This document shows positions 29,189-38,366 of a DNA stretch of 54,201 nucleotides, one piece after another. A program made the position numbers and the translations under genes. The stretch comes from Bacteroidota bacterium (GTDB lineage Bacteria; Bacteroidota; Bacteroidia; UBA10329). The first letter of the stretch is position 1. The number at the start of each line of letters is the position of its first letter. A model generated the notes under the pieces. The model saw only the letters and a program-made list of their open reading frames with translations, did no database searches and was not told where the DNA came from. The stretch covers positions 1 through 54,201 of the forward strand of contig JBJOHR010000074.1 in NCBI GenBank assembly GCA_046047575.1, written 5' to 3'.

Positions 29189-30004
29189 ATGAAAAAGCTA
29201 CTTCTCACGGTATTGATACTCGGTATTGGCGGACTTGCCTTGGCACAGGATCAGGCGGTTGGTCCAAAAACAAGGAAGAAGTTCAAGATCGGGTTCAATC
29301 TTTCGCCTTCGGTCAATTTCATGCAGCCCAATACAGATGGGGTCAAACTAGGTGCTGCGAAAATGAAATTCGGTTATGGAATGATGGCAGAATATGCCTT
29401 TACCAACAATTACGCGGTAGGATTCGGATTGGAACACATTATGGGAGGCTCATCTCTTGATTTTAGCAATACGGACGTGCGATACACGGTGAAAGATGAC
29501 ACCGCGCAATACAGATTGTTGAATCGCCTTTATCGATATGATTATGTGAACCTGCCGATAACGCTTAAACTCATGACCAATGAGATCGGCTATTTCACCT
29601 ATTTCGGTCAGTTTGGCGTTGACGTTTCCATCTTGGCATCGGGCAAGGCCAAGGACGAGCGACAGTTGTTCAAGTCTATCGCGACTGACACCTTGGGAGT
29701 TGTGACCGAATCGTTTGAAGCTCCAACTACAGGTGATTTTCAAGGTCGCTACAATCAGAGCATGTTCATTAATGTGAAATTGAGGATCGGTGCTGGGTTT
29801 GAATGGAATTTCTCTGGCAACACATCCTTGGTGGTAAGCGTGTCGTACCACAATGGATTCATTGACCTGATGAAAGACCCTGACGATGATAAAGTGGCTA
29901 ACGAGGAAGGCCTTTTCAAATATGATGAGAACAGGGCAAAAGTTCCTTTTGAGATGAGCGCCAACTTGCACCATGTGGCATTAAATGTTGGAATTCTCTT
30001 CTGA
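29189..30004 (+). CDS. Outer-membrane beta-barrel (porin-family) protein
   Basis: Signal peptide MKKLLLTVLILGIGGLALAQ, alternating beta-strand pattern, and C-terminal aromatic residue (ILF). The tracked start at 28997 runs antisense into gldB. Confidence 0.75.
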   Translation: MKKLLLTVLILGIGGLALAQDQAVGPKTRKKFKIGFNLSPSVNFMQPNTDGVKLGAAKMKFGYGMMAEYAFTNNYAVGFGLEHIMGGSSLDFSNTDVRYTVKDDTAQYRLLNRLYRYDYVNLPITLKLMTNEIGYFTYFGQFGVDVSILASGKAKDERQLFKSIATDTLGVVTESFEAPTTGDFQGRYNQSMFINVKLRIGAGFEWNFSGNTSLVVSVSYHNGFIDLMKDPDDDKVANEEGLFKYDENRAKVPFEMSANLHHVALNVGILF

Positions 30005-30027
30005 TTGTAAGCACTACGAATACCTTT

Positions 30028-30055
30028 GCCGGAGCCTCAGAACTCCGGCTTTTTT
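30028..30055 (+). terminator. Rho-independent terminator
   Basis: GCCGGAG-cctcagaa-CTCCGGC followed by TTTTTT. Confidence 0.8.
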
Positions 30056-30060
30056 GTACC

Positions 30061-31695
30061 ATGCAGATTCGACTCTCACAGCTCAACTACCACATTGGGA
30101 ATTTTGAGGACAACGTCCGAAAGATCAACCATGAAGTAGCAGGTGCGATTGCAGATGGGGTTGAGCTGATCGTATTCTCGGAGTTATCGGTGTGCGGTTA
30201 TCCTCCACAGGATTTTCTGGAGTTTGAGGATTTTATTCGAAGATGCGAGGAATCGATCCAAGAAATTGCTGCCTGTTGTAAAGGAATTACGGCCATTGTT
30301 GGTGCTCCTTTGCGCAACACAGATGTGAGTGGGAAGGACCTTTACAACGCGGCTTTTGTGCTGCGCGATGGAGCGATTGTTCAGGTGGTGAAGAAGACGC
30401 TACTGCCCAACTACGATATTTTTGATGAGTACCGATATTTCGAGCCGAACCGCGATTTTGAGATCATTGAAGTAAATGGTGTTCGGGTTGCGCTAACGAT
30501 CTGCGAAGATCTGTGGAATGTGGAAGACCCGCTTTACATCGTTAGTCCTATGGACGAGCTGATGAAGCACCAACCGCAGTTGATGGTGAACATTGCTGCT
30601 TCGCCATTCGATTTTTCGCATCGCGAAGACCGCATTCGAATATTGGAAAAGAATTGCAAGAAGTATGGATTGCCGGTGCTTTACACCAACCATGTGGGCG
30701 CGCAAACAGAGCTGATCTTCGATGGAGGTTCCATGGCCATGAATGCAGATGGTAAGTTGCTGCATGAGTTGAGTTATTTCAAGGAAGACATGGCTACTTT
30801 CAGGTTTGATGGCTCGCTGCTGAAGATCGGTGAATCTGTGATTGACGAACGAACAAAGATTGAACGCATTCATGATGCGATTGTGCTTGGAATCAAGGAC
30901 TACTTCGGGAAATTGGGCTTTTCCAAAGCAGTTATCGGCCTTTCGGGAGGAATCGATTCTGCCGTGGTTCTATATCTAGCTGCCAAAGCGTTGGGTCCGG
31001 AAAACGTTCGTACGCTCCTAATGCCATCAGGATTTTCCTCTCAGCATTCAGTCGATGATGCCGTGGAACTTTCCGAAAATCTGGGAACTCAGTATGAGAT
31101 CGTCTCAATAGAATACCTGTTTCAGGGTTTTAGGGAGGAGTTGAAACCCGTTTTCGGAGACCTGCCATTCAACTTGGCTGAGGAAAACCTTCAGGCACGA
31201 ATACGTGGGGTTCTGCTCATGGCTGTGTCGAACAAGTTTGGCAACATTCTGCTCAATACATCCAATAAAAGCGAGTGCGCGGTTGGGTATTCCACCATTT
31301 ATGGAGACATGAATGGAGGCCTTTCGGTGATTGCCGACCTCTACAAGACGGAAGTTTATGAGTTGGCCCATTGGATCAACAGAAATGGTGAGGTTATTCC
31401 GCAAAACATCATCACCAAAGCACCAAGTGCGGAATTGCGTCCCGATCAAAAGGACTCTGATTCATTGCCAGAATATGATGAGTTGGATGAGATTCTTTTG
31501 GAATATATCGAACACCGAAAGGGACCAGCGGAGATCATTGCAATGGGTCATGCGCCTGAACTTGTGAATAGGATTCTGCGTTTGGTGAATCTGAATGAGT
31601 ACAAAAGATATCAGACGCCTCCGATACTAAGAGTGAGTAGAAAAGCGTTCGGCATGGGCCGAAGAGTACCAATTGTAGGAAAGTATCTTTGCTAA
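30061..31695 (+). CDS. nadE: Glutamine-dependent NAD+ synthetase
   Basis: N-terminal CN-hydrolase domain (FSELSVCGY, LTICEDLW) plus the GLSGGIDS PP-loop synthetase domain. Confidence 0.94.
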   Translation: MQIRLSQLNYHIGNFEDNVRKINHEVAGAIADGVELIVFSELSVCGYPPQDFLEFEDFIRRCEESIQEIAACCKGITAIVGAPLRNTDVSGKDLYNAAFVLRDGAIVQVVKKTLLPNYDIFDEYRYFEPNRDFEIIEVNGVRVALTICEDLWNVEDPLYIVSPMDELMKHQPQLMVNIAASPFDFSHREDRIRILEKNCKKYGLPVLYTNHVGAQTELIFDGGSMAMNADGKLLHELSYFKEDMATFRFDGSLLKIGESVIDERTKIERIHDAIVLGIKDYFGKLGFSKAVIGLSGGIDSAVVLYLAAKALGPENVRTLLMPSGFSSQHSVDDAVELSENLGTQYEIVSIEYLFQGFREELKPVFGDLPFNLAEENLQARIRGVLLMAVSNKFGNILLNTSNKSECAVGYSTIYGDMNGGLSVIADLYKTEVYELAHWINRNGEVIPQNIITKAPSAELRPDQKDSDSLPEYDELDEILLEYIEHRKGPAEIIAMGHAPELVNRILRLVNLNEYKRYQTPPILRVSRKAFGMGRRVPIVGKYLC

Positions 31696-31704
31696 AACGA
31701 ATTG

Positions 31705-32106
31705 ATGATGAGAGGAACGATCGTATTGCTATTTGCCGTGTTAATGACCTTGGGTTGTGCTACCAAAGAAGAGCAGGCCCGAACCGATATTCTTGGAACA
31801 TGGAGAATTGAATTCGTTTTTGAGAATGGTCAGGACATAACTGCCGCTTATACCAACACTCGCGTCAATTACCGGATTTCGTTCGATAATAATGGAGGAT
31901 TCGAGGAGAACTATCAGGTGTTTGCCGGAGGCGATAACGTGACTCTTCTTGGGGCTTGGGATTTCTCTGACAAGGCCACCAAAATCACACTGAACGGTGG
32001 TGGTCAGGTTCGTGTTTACCAGGTAGATAAATTGGACGAAGACGAATTCAACGTAACCGACCTGAGTTCAAACAACGAACGCCAGATCGAGTTCGTTCCT
32101 AATTGA
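31705..32106 (+). CDS. Small lipoprotein, lipocalin-like
   Basis: Lipobox LMTLGCA. GTWRIE...W.F motifs are typical of lipocalin-like domains. Confidence 0.55.
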   Translation: MMRGTIVLLFAVLMTLGCATKEEQARTDILGTWRIEFVFENGQDITAAYTNTRVNYRISFDNNGGFEENYQVFAGGDNVTLLGAWDFSDKATKITLNGGGQVRVYQVDKLDEDEFNVTDLSSNNERQIEFVPN

Positions 32107-33124
32107 TCGTCCAAGTACTCTTGCCACGAAGTAATGCGTTGAGGTCGCCCTCACCGAATTTTTCCTTGGCGCTTTCTACTTGATCCACCAGCTGGTCTTC
32201 GTAACACGCGCGCTGCTCGGTGTAAAACACCCCGAAAGGTCGAGGGAAGTTTCCTTCTAGCGTTGGGTCGCCATAGAAGCGTACCAAGATGTTTGCCTTG
32301 GCCCTATCCGTCTCATCATGTATCCAAAGGTCGCTTTCGTTTACAGAGTCCATGTTTACGACAACAGGCTTGAAACCATCCAACCTGATTCCGAATTCTC
32401 TGTTTGCCCCGAACACCAAGGGTTTTCCATGTTCAACAAATAAGGTCTGTTGGCCTTTGGTCTCCTTATCGGTCATGCCAAAGAAAGCACCATCGTTGAA
32501 CACGTTGCAGTTCTGATAGATCTCTACCATGGAAGTTCCTTTGTGAGCATTGGCTCTGGAAAGAATTTCGCGCAGATGAATCGGGTCGCGATCCATTGTT
32601 CTAGCATAGAAGGTCGAATCGGCTCCCAAACACAGCGCGGCCGGATTGAAGGGGTGATCCAACGAACCCATCGGGGTCGATTTGGTTGTTTTCCCTTCTT
32701 CAGAAGTTGGCGAGTACTGTCCTTTGGTCAAACCGTAGATCTGATTGTTGAACAGCAACACGTTGATGTTGAAATTCCTCCTGAGTAAGTGAATGATGTG
32801 GTTGCCACCGATCGAAAGCGCATCGCCATCTCCCGTGATCATCCAAACGCTGAGCTCTGGATTCGTAGCTTTCAGTCCGCTTACCACAGCTGGGGCCCGA
32901 CCGTGGATGCTGTGCATGCCATACGTATTCATGTAATACGGGAAACGGCTGCTGCAGCCAATGCCTGAGATGAAGACGACATCTTCACGTTTTACGCCAA
33001 GTTCGGGAATCACTTTCTGTACCTGTTTAAGAATGGAGTAATCTCCACAACCGGGGCACCATCTTACTTCCTGATCCGTTTCAAAATCCTTGGCGGTCAA
33101 TTCGCCATTCAATACTTCTGCCAT
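32099..33124 (-). CDS. korB: 2-oxoglutarate/2-oxoacid:ferredoxin oxidoreductase, beta subunit
   Basis: WCPGCGDYSIL and the TPP-binding GDGD motif. Confidence 0.92.
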   Translation of the reverse strand: MAEVLNGELTAKDFETDQEVRWCPGCGDYSILKQVQKVIPELGVKREDVVFISGIGCSSRFPYYMNTYGMHSIHGRAPAVVSGLKATNPELSVWMITGDGDALSIGGNHIIHLLRRNFNINVLLFNNQIYGLTKGQYSPTSEEGKTTKSTPMGSLDHPFNPAALCLGADSTFYARTMDRDPIHLREILSRANAHKGTSMVEIYQNCNVFNDGAFFGMTDKETKGQQTLFVEHGKPLVFGANREFGIRLDGFKPVVVNMDSVNESDLWIHDETDRAKANILVRFYGDPTLEGNFPRPFGVFYTEQRACYEDQLVDQVESAKEKFGEGDLNALLRGKSTWTIN

Positions 33125-33133
33125 TTTATTTTC

Positions 33134-33266
33134 TTAACCGCAAAGGCCGCTGAGTTTTCGCAGAGAACGCAGAGACTCATTTGCAATATTTTCTAATCCA
33201 AACAACACACTTTCAATACTTCATTCTTTTGCGCCCTTTGCGCCATTCTCCGCGTCTTTGCGGTTA
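33134..33266. repeat. Inverted-repeat (MITE-like) element between korA and korB
   Basis: Left arm: TTAACCGCAAAGGCCGCTGAG..CGCAGAGAACGCAGAG. Reverse complement of the right arm: TAACCGCAAAGACGCGGAGAATGGCGCAAAGGGCGCAAAA. The centre is AT-rich. Confidence 0.65.
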
Positions 33267-33272
33267 CGACCC

Positions 33273-35120
33273 CTAACCCAATATCTCAATAACCTTCTCC
33301 TTGATCTCGTTCTTGCTGAACGGGATTCCCTTCACCTTGTTCAAAGCCACGGTCGGGATGAGGAATTGGCTCCGGATCATCATATTCAATTGTCCCATGT
33401 TCATTTCTGGGATGAGAACGGTGTCAAAACCTCTCAGCACTTCTTCAAAATTCTGTGGATATGGGAACAAGTATCTTACATGAGCGTGAGAAACGGAATG
33501 ACCTTCGGCAATCAGGTCAGTGACCGCAGCTTTGATGGCGCCATATGTTGATCCCCAGCCCAAAACCAGAACTTTCCCGGTCTTTTCGCCCAGTTCAAGT
33601 TCTTGTTTCGGAATATTCTTGGCAATGTTGGCCACTTTCTGTGCCCGGGTATTCACCATGTGTTGATGGTTGTCGGGGTCGTAGCTGATGTTGCCGGTTC
33701 TGTCTTCCTTTTCAATTCCGCCAACGCGATGCTCCAAACCTAAGGTTCCTGGAATAGCCCATTTGCGGACAAGGTTCTCATCACGTTCATAAGGGAGATA
33801 TTCTCCGTCTTTCAGGTCGCTGGGTGTAGCAAAGTTTCCTTTGAAAGAAGGTAGTTCATCTGCCGTAGGGAATTTCCACGGCTCTGCACCGTTTGCCAAA
33901 TACCCGTCAGAAAGGAAGAACACAGGAGTCATGTGCTGAACCGCCAATCTGCAAGCTTCGAACGCCATGTTGAAACAATCTGCAGGTGTGGCCGCAGCTA
34001 CAACAGCAACAGGCGCTTCGCCATTTCGGCCATAAATGGCCTGCAACAGATCTGCCTGTTCTGTTTTTGTTGGAAGTCCGGTTGAAGGACCACCGCGCTG
34101 CACGTTCACGATCACCAACGGTAATTCAAGCATCAAAGCCAAACCAATGGCTTCGCCTTTCAACGCGATTCCAGGGCCGCTGGAAGCCGTAATTCCCAAC
34201 GCACCTCCGAACGATGCTCCAATGGCCGAAGCCACAGCAGCGATCTCATCTTCTGCCTGAAAGGTTTTTACACCGAAATTTTTGTGTTTAGCTAACTCGT
34301 GCAACACATCTGAAGCAGGTGTGATAGGGTAGCTGCCGTAAAACAACTCCAAACCAGAGCGTTGTGCGGCCGCAACCAATCCTAAGGCAGTGGCCTGGTT
34401 ACCCATAATATTGCGATAGGTGCCTTTTGGCATATCGGCCTTGGGAACACTGAAACGGGTTGTGGGTGTTTCGGTGGTGTCGCCATAATGGTAGCCAGCA
34501 CTAAGTACTTTTAGATTGGCATCAACGATCTCAGGTTTCTTACCGAACTTCTCTTTAACGTATTTGACCGTGTGGTCCAACGAACGGTCGAACATCCAGA
34601 GCACGTAGCCCAGTACGAACATGTTCTTGGTCCGGTCAATGTCTTTTTGACCAAGTCCACTGTCTTTCAGACATTCTTTGGTGAGTTTGGTGACATCTAT
34701 TGGATACACCTTATAGTTTGCAAGCGAACCATCTTCCAATGCGCTGATACCGCTTTCCACCTTTGCCAGTCGAAGGTTCTTGGCATCGAAACCATCTGTG
34801 TTGGCAATGATGATGCCGCCTTTTTTCAAGCTCTTTAGATTGGCTTTCAATGCAGCTGCATTCATTACCACCAAGGCATCGCATTCATCGCCAGGAGTAA
34901 AAATCTCAATGCTTCCGAAATGAAGTTGGAAACCTGAAACCCCGGCCAAGGTTCCTTGCGGTGCGCGAATCTCAGCAGGGAAATTGGGGAAGGTGCTGAG
35001 GTCGTTGCCAAAAAGGGCGTTGGTGTCGGTAAACTGTGTTCCTGTAAGCTGAATTCCGTCTCCCGAATCGCCTGCAAACAGGATGGTTATCTCTTTGGTA
35101 CTTTCTAGTGTACTGGACAT
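33273..35120 (-). CDS. korA: 2-oxoglutarate/2-oxoacid:ferredoxin oxidoreductase, alpha subunit
   Basis: 615 aa from the ATG at 35120. FAGDSGDGIQ and YPITPASD motifs. Confidence 0.92.
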   Translation of the reverse strand: MSSTLESTKEITILFAGDSGDGIQLTGTQFTDTNALFGNDLSTFPNFPAEIRAPQGTLAGVSGFQLHFGSIEIFTPGDECDALVVMNAAALKANLKSLKKGGIIIANTDGFDAKNLRLAKVESGISALEDGSLANYKVYPIDVTKLTKECLKDSGLGQKDIDRTKNMFVLGYVLWMFDRSLDHTVKYVKEKFGKKPEIVDANLKVLSAGYHYGDTTETPTTRFSVPKADMPKGTYRNIMGNQATALGLVAAAQRSGLELFYGSYPITPASDVLHELAKHKNFGVKTFQAEDEIAAVASAIGASFGGALGITASSGPGIALKGEAIGLALMLELPLVIVNVQRGGPSTGLPTKTEQADLLQAIYGRNGEAPVAVVAAATPADCFNMAFEACRLAVQHMTPVFFLSDGYLANGAEPWKFPTADELPSFKGNFATPSDLKDGEYLPYERDENLVRKWAIPGTLGLEHRVGGIEKEDRTGNISYDPDNHQHMVNTRAQKVANIAKNIPKQELELGEKTGKVLVLGWGSTYGAIKAAVTDLIAEGHSVSHAHVRYLFPYPQNFEEVLRGFDTVLIPEMNMGQLNMMIRSQFLIPTVALNKVKGIPFSKNEIKEKVIEILG

Positions 35121-35138
35121 GCTTTTTTCTGTGGGCGG

Positions 35139-35146
35139 CAAAGGTA
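35139..35146 (-). promoter_or_regulatory. Bacteroidetes-type -7 box (TACCTTTG)
   Basis: Matches TAnnTTTG on the minus strand, about 19 nt upstream of the korA ATG. Confidence 0.45.
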
Positions 35147-35196
35147 GTTTCCTAATTGCTGAAAACCTTGACCGAGGTCATGTAATGCGCAAACTG

Positions 35197-35436
35197 TCAG
35201 AAGGAGACAGCTTCTACTGCGGTGATCTCCGGAGCCGCACGTTTTACGGCTTCTTCCACGCCTGCTTTCAGGGTCATTTGGCTCATGTCGCAGTTCTTGC
35301 ACGAACCCAACAGACGCAATTGCACCACCATATCCTCCGTAATGCTTACCAGTTCCATGTTGCCGCCATCTGCAGCAAGAAAAGGACGCATGCTTTCCAG
35401 TGCGCTTTCCACCTTTTGATGTAACTCGTTGTCCAT
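35197..35436 (-). CDS. NifU C-terminal-domain (Nfu-type) Fe-S assembly protein
   Basis: 79 aa with the CxxC motif (GSCKNC) and DGGNMELV. Confidence 0.85.
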   Translation of the reverse strand: MDNELHQKVESALESMRPFLAADGGNMELVSITEDMVVQLRLLGSCKNCDMSQMTLKAGVEEAVKRAAPEITAVEAVSF

Positions 35437-35445
35437 CTTTACTAT

Positions 35446-36546
35446 TTAACGTGTTGTAATGGCCACTTTCCTGGTGGCTTCCTGTGTCTTATTTCTTAAC
35501 TCCACTTGGTCGTTCACGGCAGCGGCCAGATCCTTGAAGATCTGCGCCACAGGTGTGGTGTCTTGCAGCAATGCGGGTCTTCCTGCGTCTCCCGCTTCGC
35601 GAACCGATTGTACCAGCGGAATTTGTCCGAGCAATGGCACGTTGATCTGTTCTGCCAAGCCTTTTACGCCATCCTTCCCGAAGATGTAATACTTATTGTC
35701 GGGCAATTCGGCCGGGGTGAACCACGCCATGTTCTCTATGAGGCCAAGTACCGGAACGTTTATGCTTTCAAGACGGAACATGGCCACACCTTTTCGGGCA
35801 TCCGTAAGAGCTACTTCCTGTGGGGTGCTTACTACAACCGCACCGGTTACGGGTACGGCCTGCACGATGGTCAGGTGCACATCGCCCGTTCCGGGAGGAA
35901 GGTCGAGTAGAAGGTAGTCCAGCTCATCCCACCAAACATCTCCGAACATCTGCTTCAGTGCCTTGGTGGCCATAGGGCCGCGCCAAACAATGGCCTGTGT
36001 CGGGTCGGAGAAGAAGCCGATGCTCATCACCTTCACGCCATAACTTTCTACCGGAAGCATGTACTGCTTGCCTTCGATGACGGTGACCTTGGGTTTTTCG
36101 CTAACGATGTCGAACATGAGCGGCATGCTCGGTCCGTAGATGTCGGCATCTATCAACCCGACTTTAAAGCCCTGCTTTACAAGACCAACGGCCAAGTTGG
36201 CGGTAACGGTGCTTTTGCCAACGCCACCTTTGCCCGATGCAACGGCAATAATGTTCTTCACTTTATTGAGCGTGGGCGGCCCTTGTGGCCCTTGTTGTAT
36301 GGGTTTTGCAGCAATGTTGACGCGCACTTTTACCTCGCCAAACGCTTCAGACAGTGCGGCATTGATATCGCCTTCCAATTTCTTACGGATGTTGAGTGCG
36401 GGACTCTTGATCTCGAGGTCGATGTCAATTTCCTTTCCGAATACCTGAATGTTCTTCAACTCGCCACTGTCGGTAATGTTTACGTTACCTGCTGGCGACT
36501 TCACGGCCTTTAGAGCCTCTGCTACGCTTTGCTTATTTAGATTCAT
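35446..36546 (-). CDS. apbC: Mrp/ApbC family Fe-S cluster carrier ATPase
   Basis: Deviant Walker A ASGKGGVGKST and an N-terminal DUF59-like domain. The ATG at 36546 (MNLNKQSVAEAL) is preferred, because the tracked 88-aa N-terminal extension reads through the repeat tract. Confidence 0.9.
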   Translation of the reverse strand: MNLNKQSVAEALKAVKSPAGNVNITDSGELKNIQVFGKEIDIDLEIKSPALNIRKKLEGDINAALSEAFGEVKVRVNIAAKPIQQGPQGPPTLNKVKNIIAVASGKGGVGKSTVTANLAVGLVKQGFKVGLIDADIYGPSMPLMFDIVSEKPKVTVIEGKQYMLPVESYGVKVMSIGFFSDPTQAIVWRGPMATKALKQMFGDVWWDELDYLLLDLPPGTGDVHLTIVQAVPVTGAVVVSTPQEVALTDARKGVAMFRLESINVPVLGLIENMAWFTPAELPDNKYYIFGKDGVKGLAEQINVPLLGQIPLVQSVREAGDAGRPALLQDTTPVAQIFKDLAAAVNDQVELRNKTQEATRKVAITTR

Positions 36547-36554
36547 TCTAAACG

Positions 36555-36562
36555 CAAAAGTA
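36555..36562 (-). promoter_or_regulatory. Bacteroidetes-type -7 box (TACTTTTG)
   Basis: Matches TAnnTTTG on the minus strand, 8 nt upstream of the mrp ATG (very short leader). Confidence 0.4.
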
Positions 36563-36563
36563 A

Positions 36564-36895
36564 GGAATAGTGAAGTGCGAATAGCGACCAGCGAATTGTG
36601 AATAGCGATGAGGGGCTGAGTTGAGTGATGACGGGATGAAGAAATGAAGAAATGAGGAGCAATGCGCGGAAGAGGTCCAGACTTCAACGGAAGAGGTGCC
36701 GCGGTGTCGGAAATCTTCTTCCGCGTGGCGGAAATTGTCTTCCGTGAGCCGGAAATCCTCTTCCGTAGGTCGGAAATTCTCTTCCGCTTGCTGGAGTTTT
36801 GCTTCCGCATGTCGGATAGGCATTATCGTGTAAGGCGTGCTTACTTCCGTTCACGGAAATGCTACTTCCGTGAGAGTCAAGAGTTGTTCCGTACA
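36564..36895. repeat. Heptad-phased tandem repeat tract: YGAATAG heptamers, then 21-bp units with CGGAA-N6-TTCCG dyads
   Basis: 36564-36612 holds 7 heptamers. 36708-36791 holds four near-identical 21-bp units (cggaaatcttcttccgcgtgg, cggaaattgtcttccgtgagc, cggaaatcctcttccgtaggt, cggaaattctcttccgcttgc), flanked by degenerate units on both sides. Three long tracked ORFs in different frames read through it. Confidence 0.85.
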
Positions 36896-36942
36896 AAGGA
36901 AAACCTTGTCCAATACCTTTTGGACGTGTAATATGGTCCTGA

Positions 36943-37233
36943 TTTATTACCATCTCTGCTGTGGAGATCATTGCTGCCACTTCTGAGTTTGAGTTGAACA
37001 GTGGTTTGGAGGTGTATCCTAATCCAACGAACGATTATTTGAATGTGCAACTTTCTGATAGTCGGTTGAAAGCGACCACGCTTTCAGTTTTTGATATGAC
37101 CGGTAGAGAAGTGCTGAGGAAACCGTTTACACAACGACTTGATGTTTCCACACTTACTGCGGGAAACTACATATTGGCGGTGAACACGAATGAGGGTGTG
37201 TTGAGAGAGAAGCTGGTGATTTCGAATCACTAA
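36943..37233 (+). pseudogene. Orphan T9SS C-terminal sorting domain (remnant of a truncated cargo gene)
   Basis: LEVYPNPTNDYLNVQL...VFDMTGREV...LTAGNYILAV...KLVI is a complete sorting domain. There is no signal peptide or passenger domain. The frame opens only at 36943, right after the repeat tract, and the only start is a GTG at 36961. Confidence 0.7.
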
Positions 37234-37261
37234 TTTCGTAGCCGTTCTTAAAGCCGCTCCA

Positions 37262-38296
37262 ATGTTTAGACGATCAACCATAGTAATTGCCTTTATTGCT
37301 TGCACGGGGTTTGTAACCAGCAAGTTTCTGCAACCAACACCCTACGACCGCGATACACCGGTAAGCAGCATCCTATTAGCGTTGGGGGATGAGGCTCCTG
37401 AGCATTACATCGGCACGGTTGATATGGAGAAGGTGAGCATTGGAAAGGATATTGTGAACCTTGGTGGACCGTTTGAAAATGGTGTTGCTTCGAATAAGGT
37501 ATCGGAGCATTTTGTCTGTATCGATTGTCATAATATTCAACCAGAGGCGCGTTTTGCGGATGATAACGACCCGGAAAGCCGATTGAAGTATTCGATGGAG
37601 AACAATCAGCCTTACTTGCCGGGTTCCACGTTTTACGGCATAACGAATCGAACCAGTTGGTTCAATGGCGACCATGAACGGAAGTACGGGAAGGAACTGA
37701 TAGAACCTGCGCGTCATGACCTGGTGAATGCCATTCAGTTGTGCTCGAAGGAGTGTTCGGTTGGTAGAATGCTTACTGATGAAGAAATGCAGGGGGTGCT
37801 ACATTACTTGACATCGATGGAGTTGAAACTGAGGGATCTGAATCTTTCTGAGGCAGAACTGGCAAGTATTTCTGCAAACGGCCAAACGGAAGAGCAGAAG
37901 GCACAGAACATCAGATTGATCAAATCGAAGTATCTGCAGGGTTATCCGGCCACATTTGTGGATGAAATTCCAGTGAAGGCTAGGAAGAAGGGTGAGGAGG
38001 GTAATTTGGAGAACGGCAAGTGGATCTACGAGAAAAGCTGCTTGCATTGCCATTCGCCACAGAAAAATGTAACGGACCGTACGCTTTTTGGAAACGGTGC
38101 GGATCAGAAGAATTTCAGATGGTTGGCCAGCTATTTTAAAAAGAGCAATGGAGGGTCGGTTTACTGGATAACCAGACATGGAACGGCATCTAAAGAACAC
38201 ATTCCACAATACATGCCCATCTACGCCAAGGAAAAATTGAGCGATGCGCAGATCGAGGACCTTGCGGCTTACATTCTTGCCGAAAGCAAGAAATAA
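37262..38296 (+). CDS. Di-haem c-type cytochrome, secreted or membrane-anchored
   Basis: N-terminal signal/anchor and two CxxCH motifs (CIDCH, CLHCH). Confidence 0.8.
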   Translation: MFRRSTIVIAFIACTGFVTSKFLQPTPYDRDTPVSSILLALGDEAPEHYIGTVDMEKVSIGKDIVNLGGPFENGVASNKVSEHFVCIDCHNIQPEARFADDNDPESRLKYSMENNQPYLPGSTFYGITNRTSWFNGDHERKYGKELIEPARHDLVNAIQLCSKECSVGRMLTDEEMQGVLHYLTSMELKLRDLNLSEAELASISANGQTEEQKAQNIRLIKSKYLQGYPATFVDEIPVKARKKGEEGNLENGKWIYEKSCLHCHSPQKNVTDRTLFGNGADQKNFRWLASYFKKSNGGSVYWITRHGTASKEHIPQYMPIYAKEKLSDAQIEDLAAYILAESKK

Positions 38297-38366
38297 GAGA
38301 CGTCAAAAACGAATAAGGGAGAATGTTTGTCTGATCTGAGAGCGGAAACGTTTTCCCGTTCTGCTC

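Noticed and set aside
36708-36791. Possible CRISPR array
   Set aside because: The units are contiguous 21-mers with no unique spacers, they are too short, and no cas genes are present in the window.
36548-36980. Three overlapping ORFs (36548-36823 minus, 36662-36931 plus, 36684-36980 minus) and the 88-aa N-terminal extension of the Mrp ORF (up to 36810), all with 7-aa peptide repeats
   Set aside because: They exist only because a 21-bp (3 x 7) DNA repeat keeps several frames open. The ORFs run in different frames on both strands, have odd composition and no recognisable domains. Mrp has a good ATG and a -7 box at 36546-36562.
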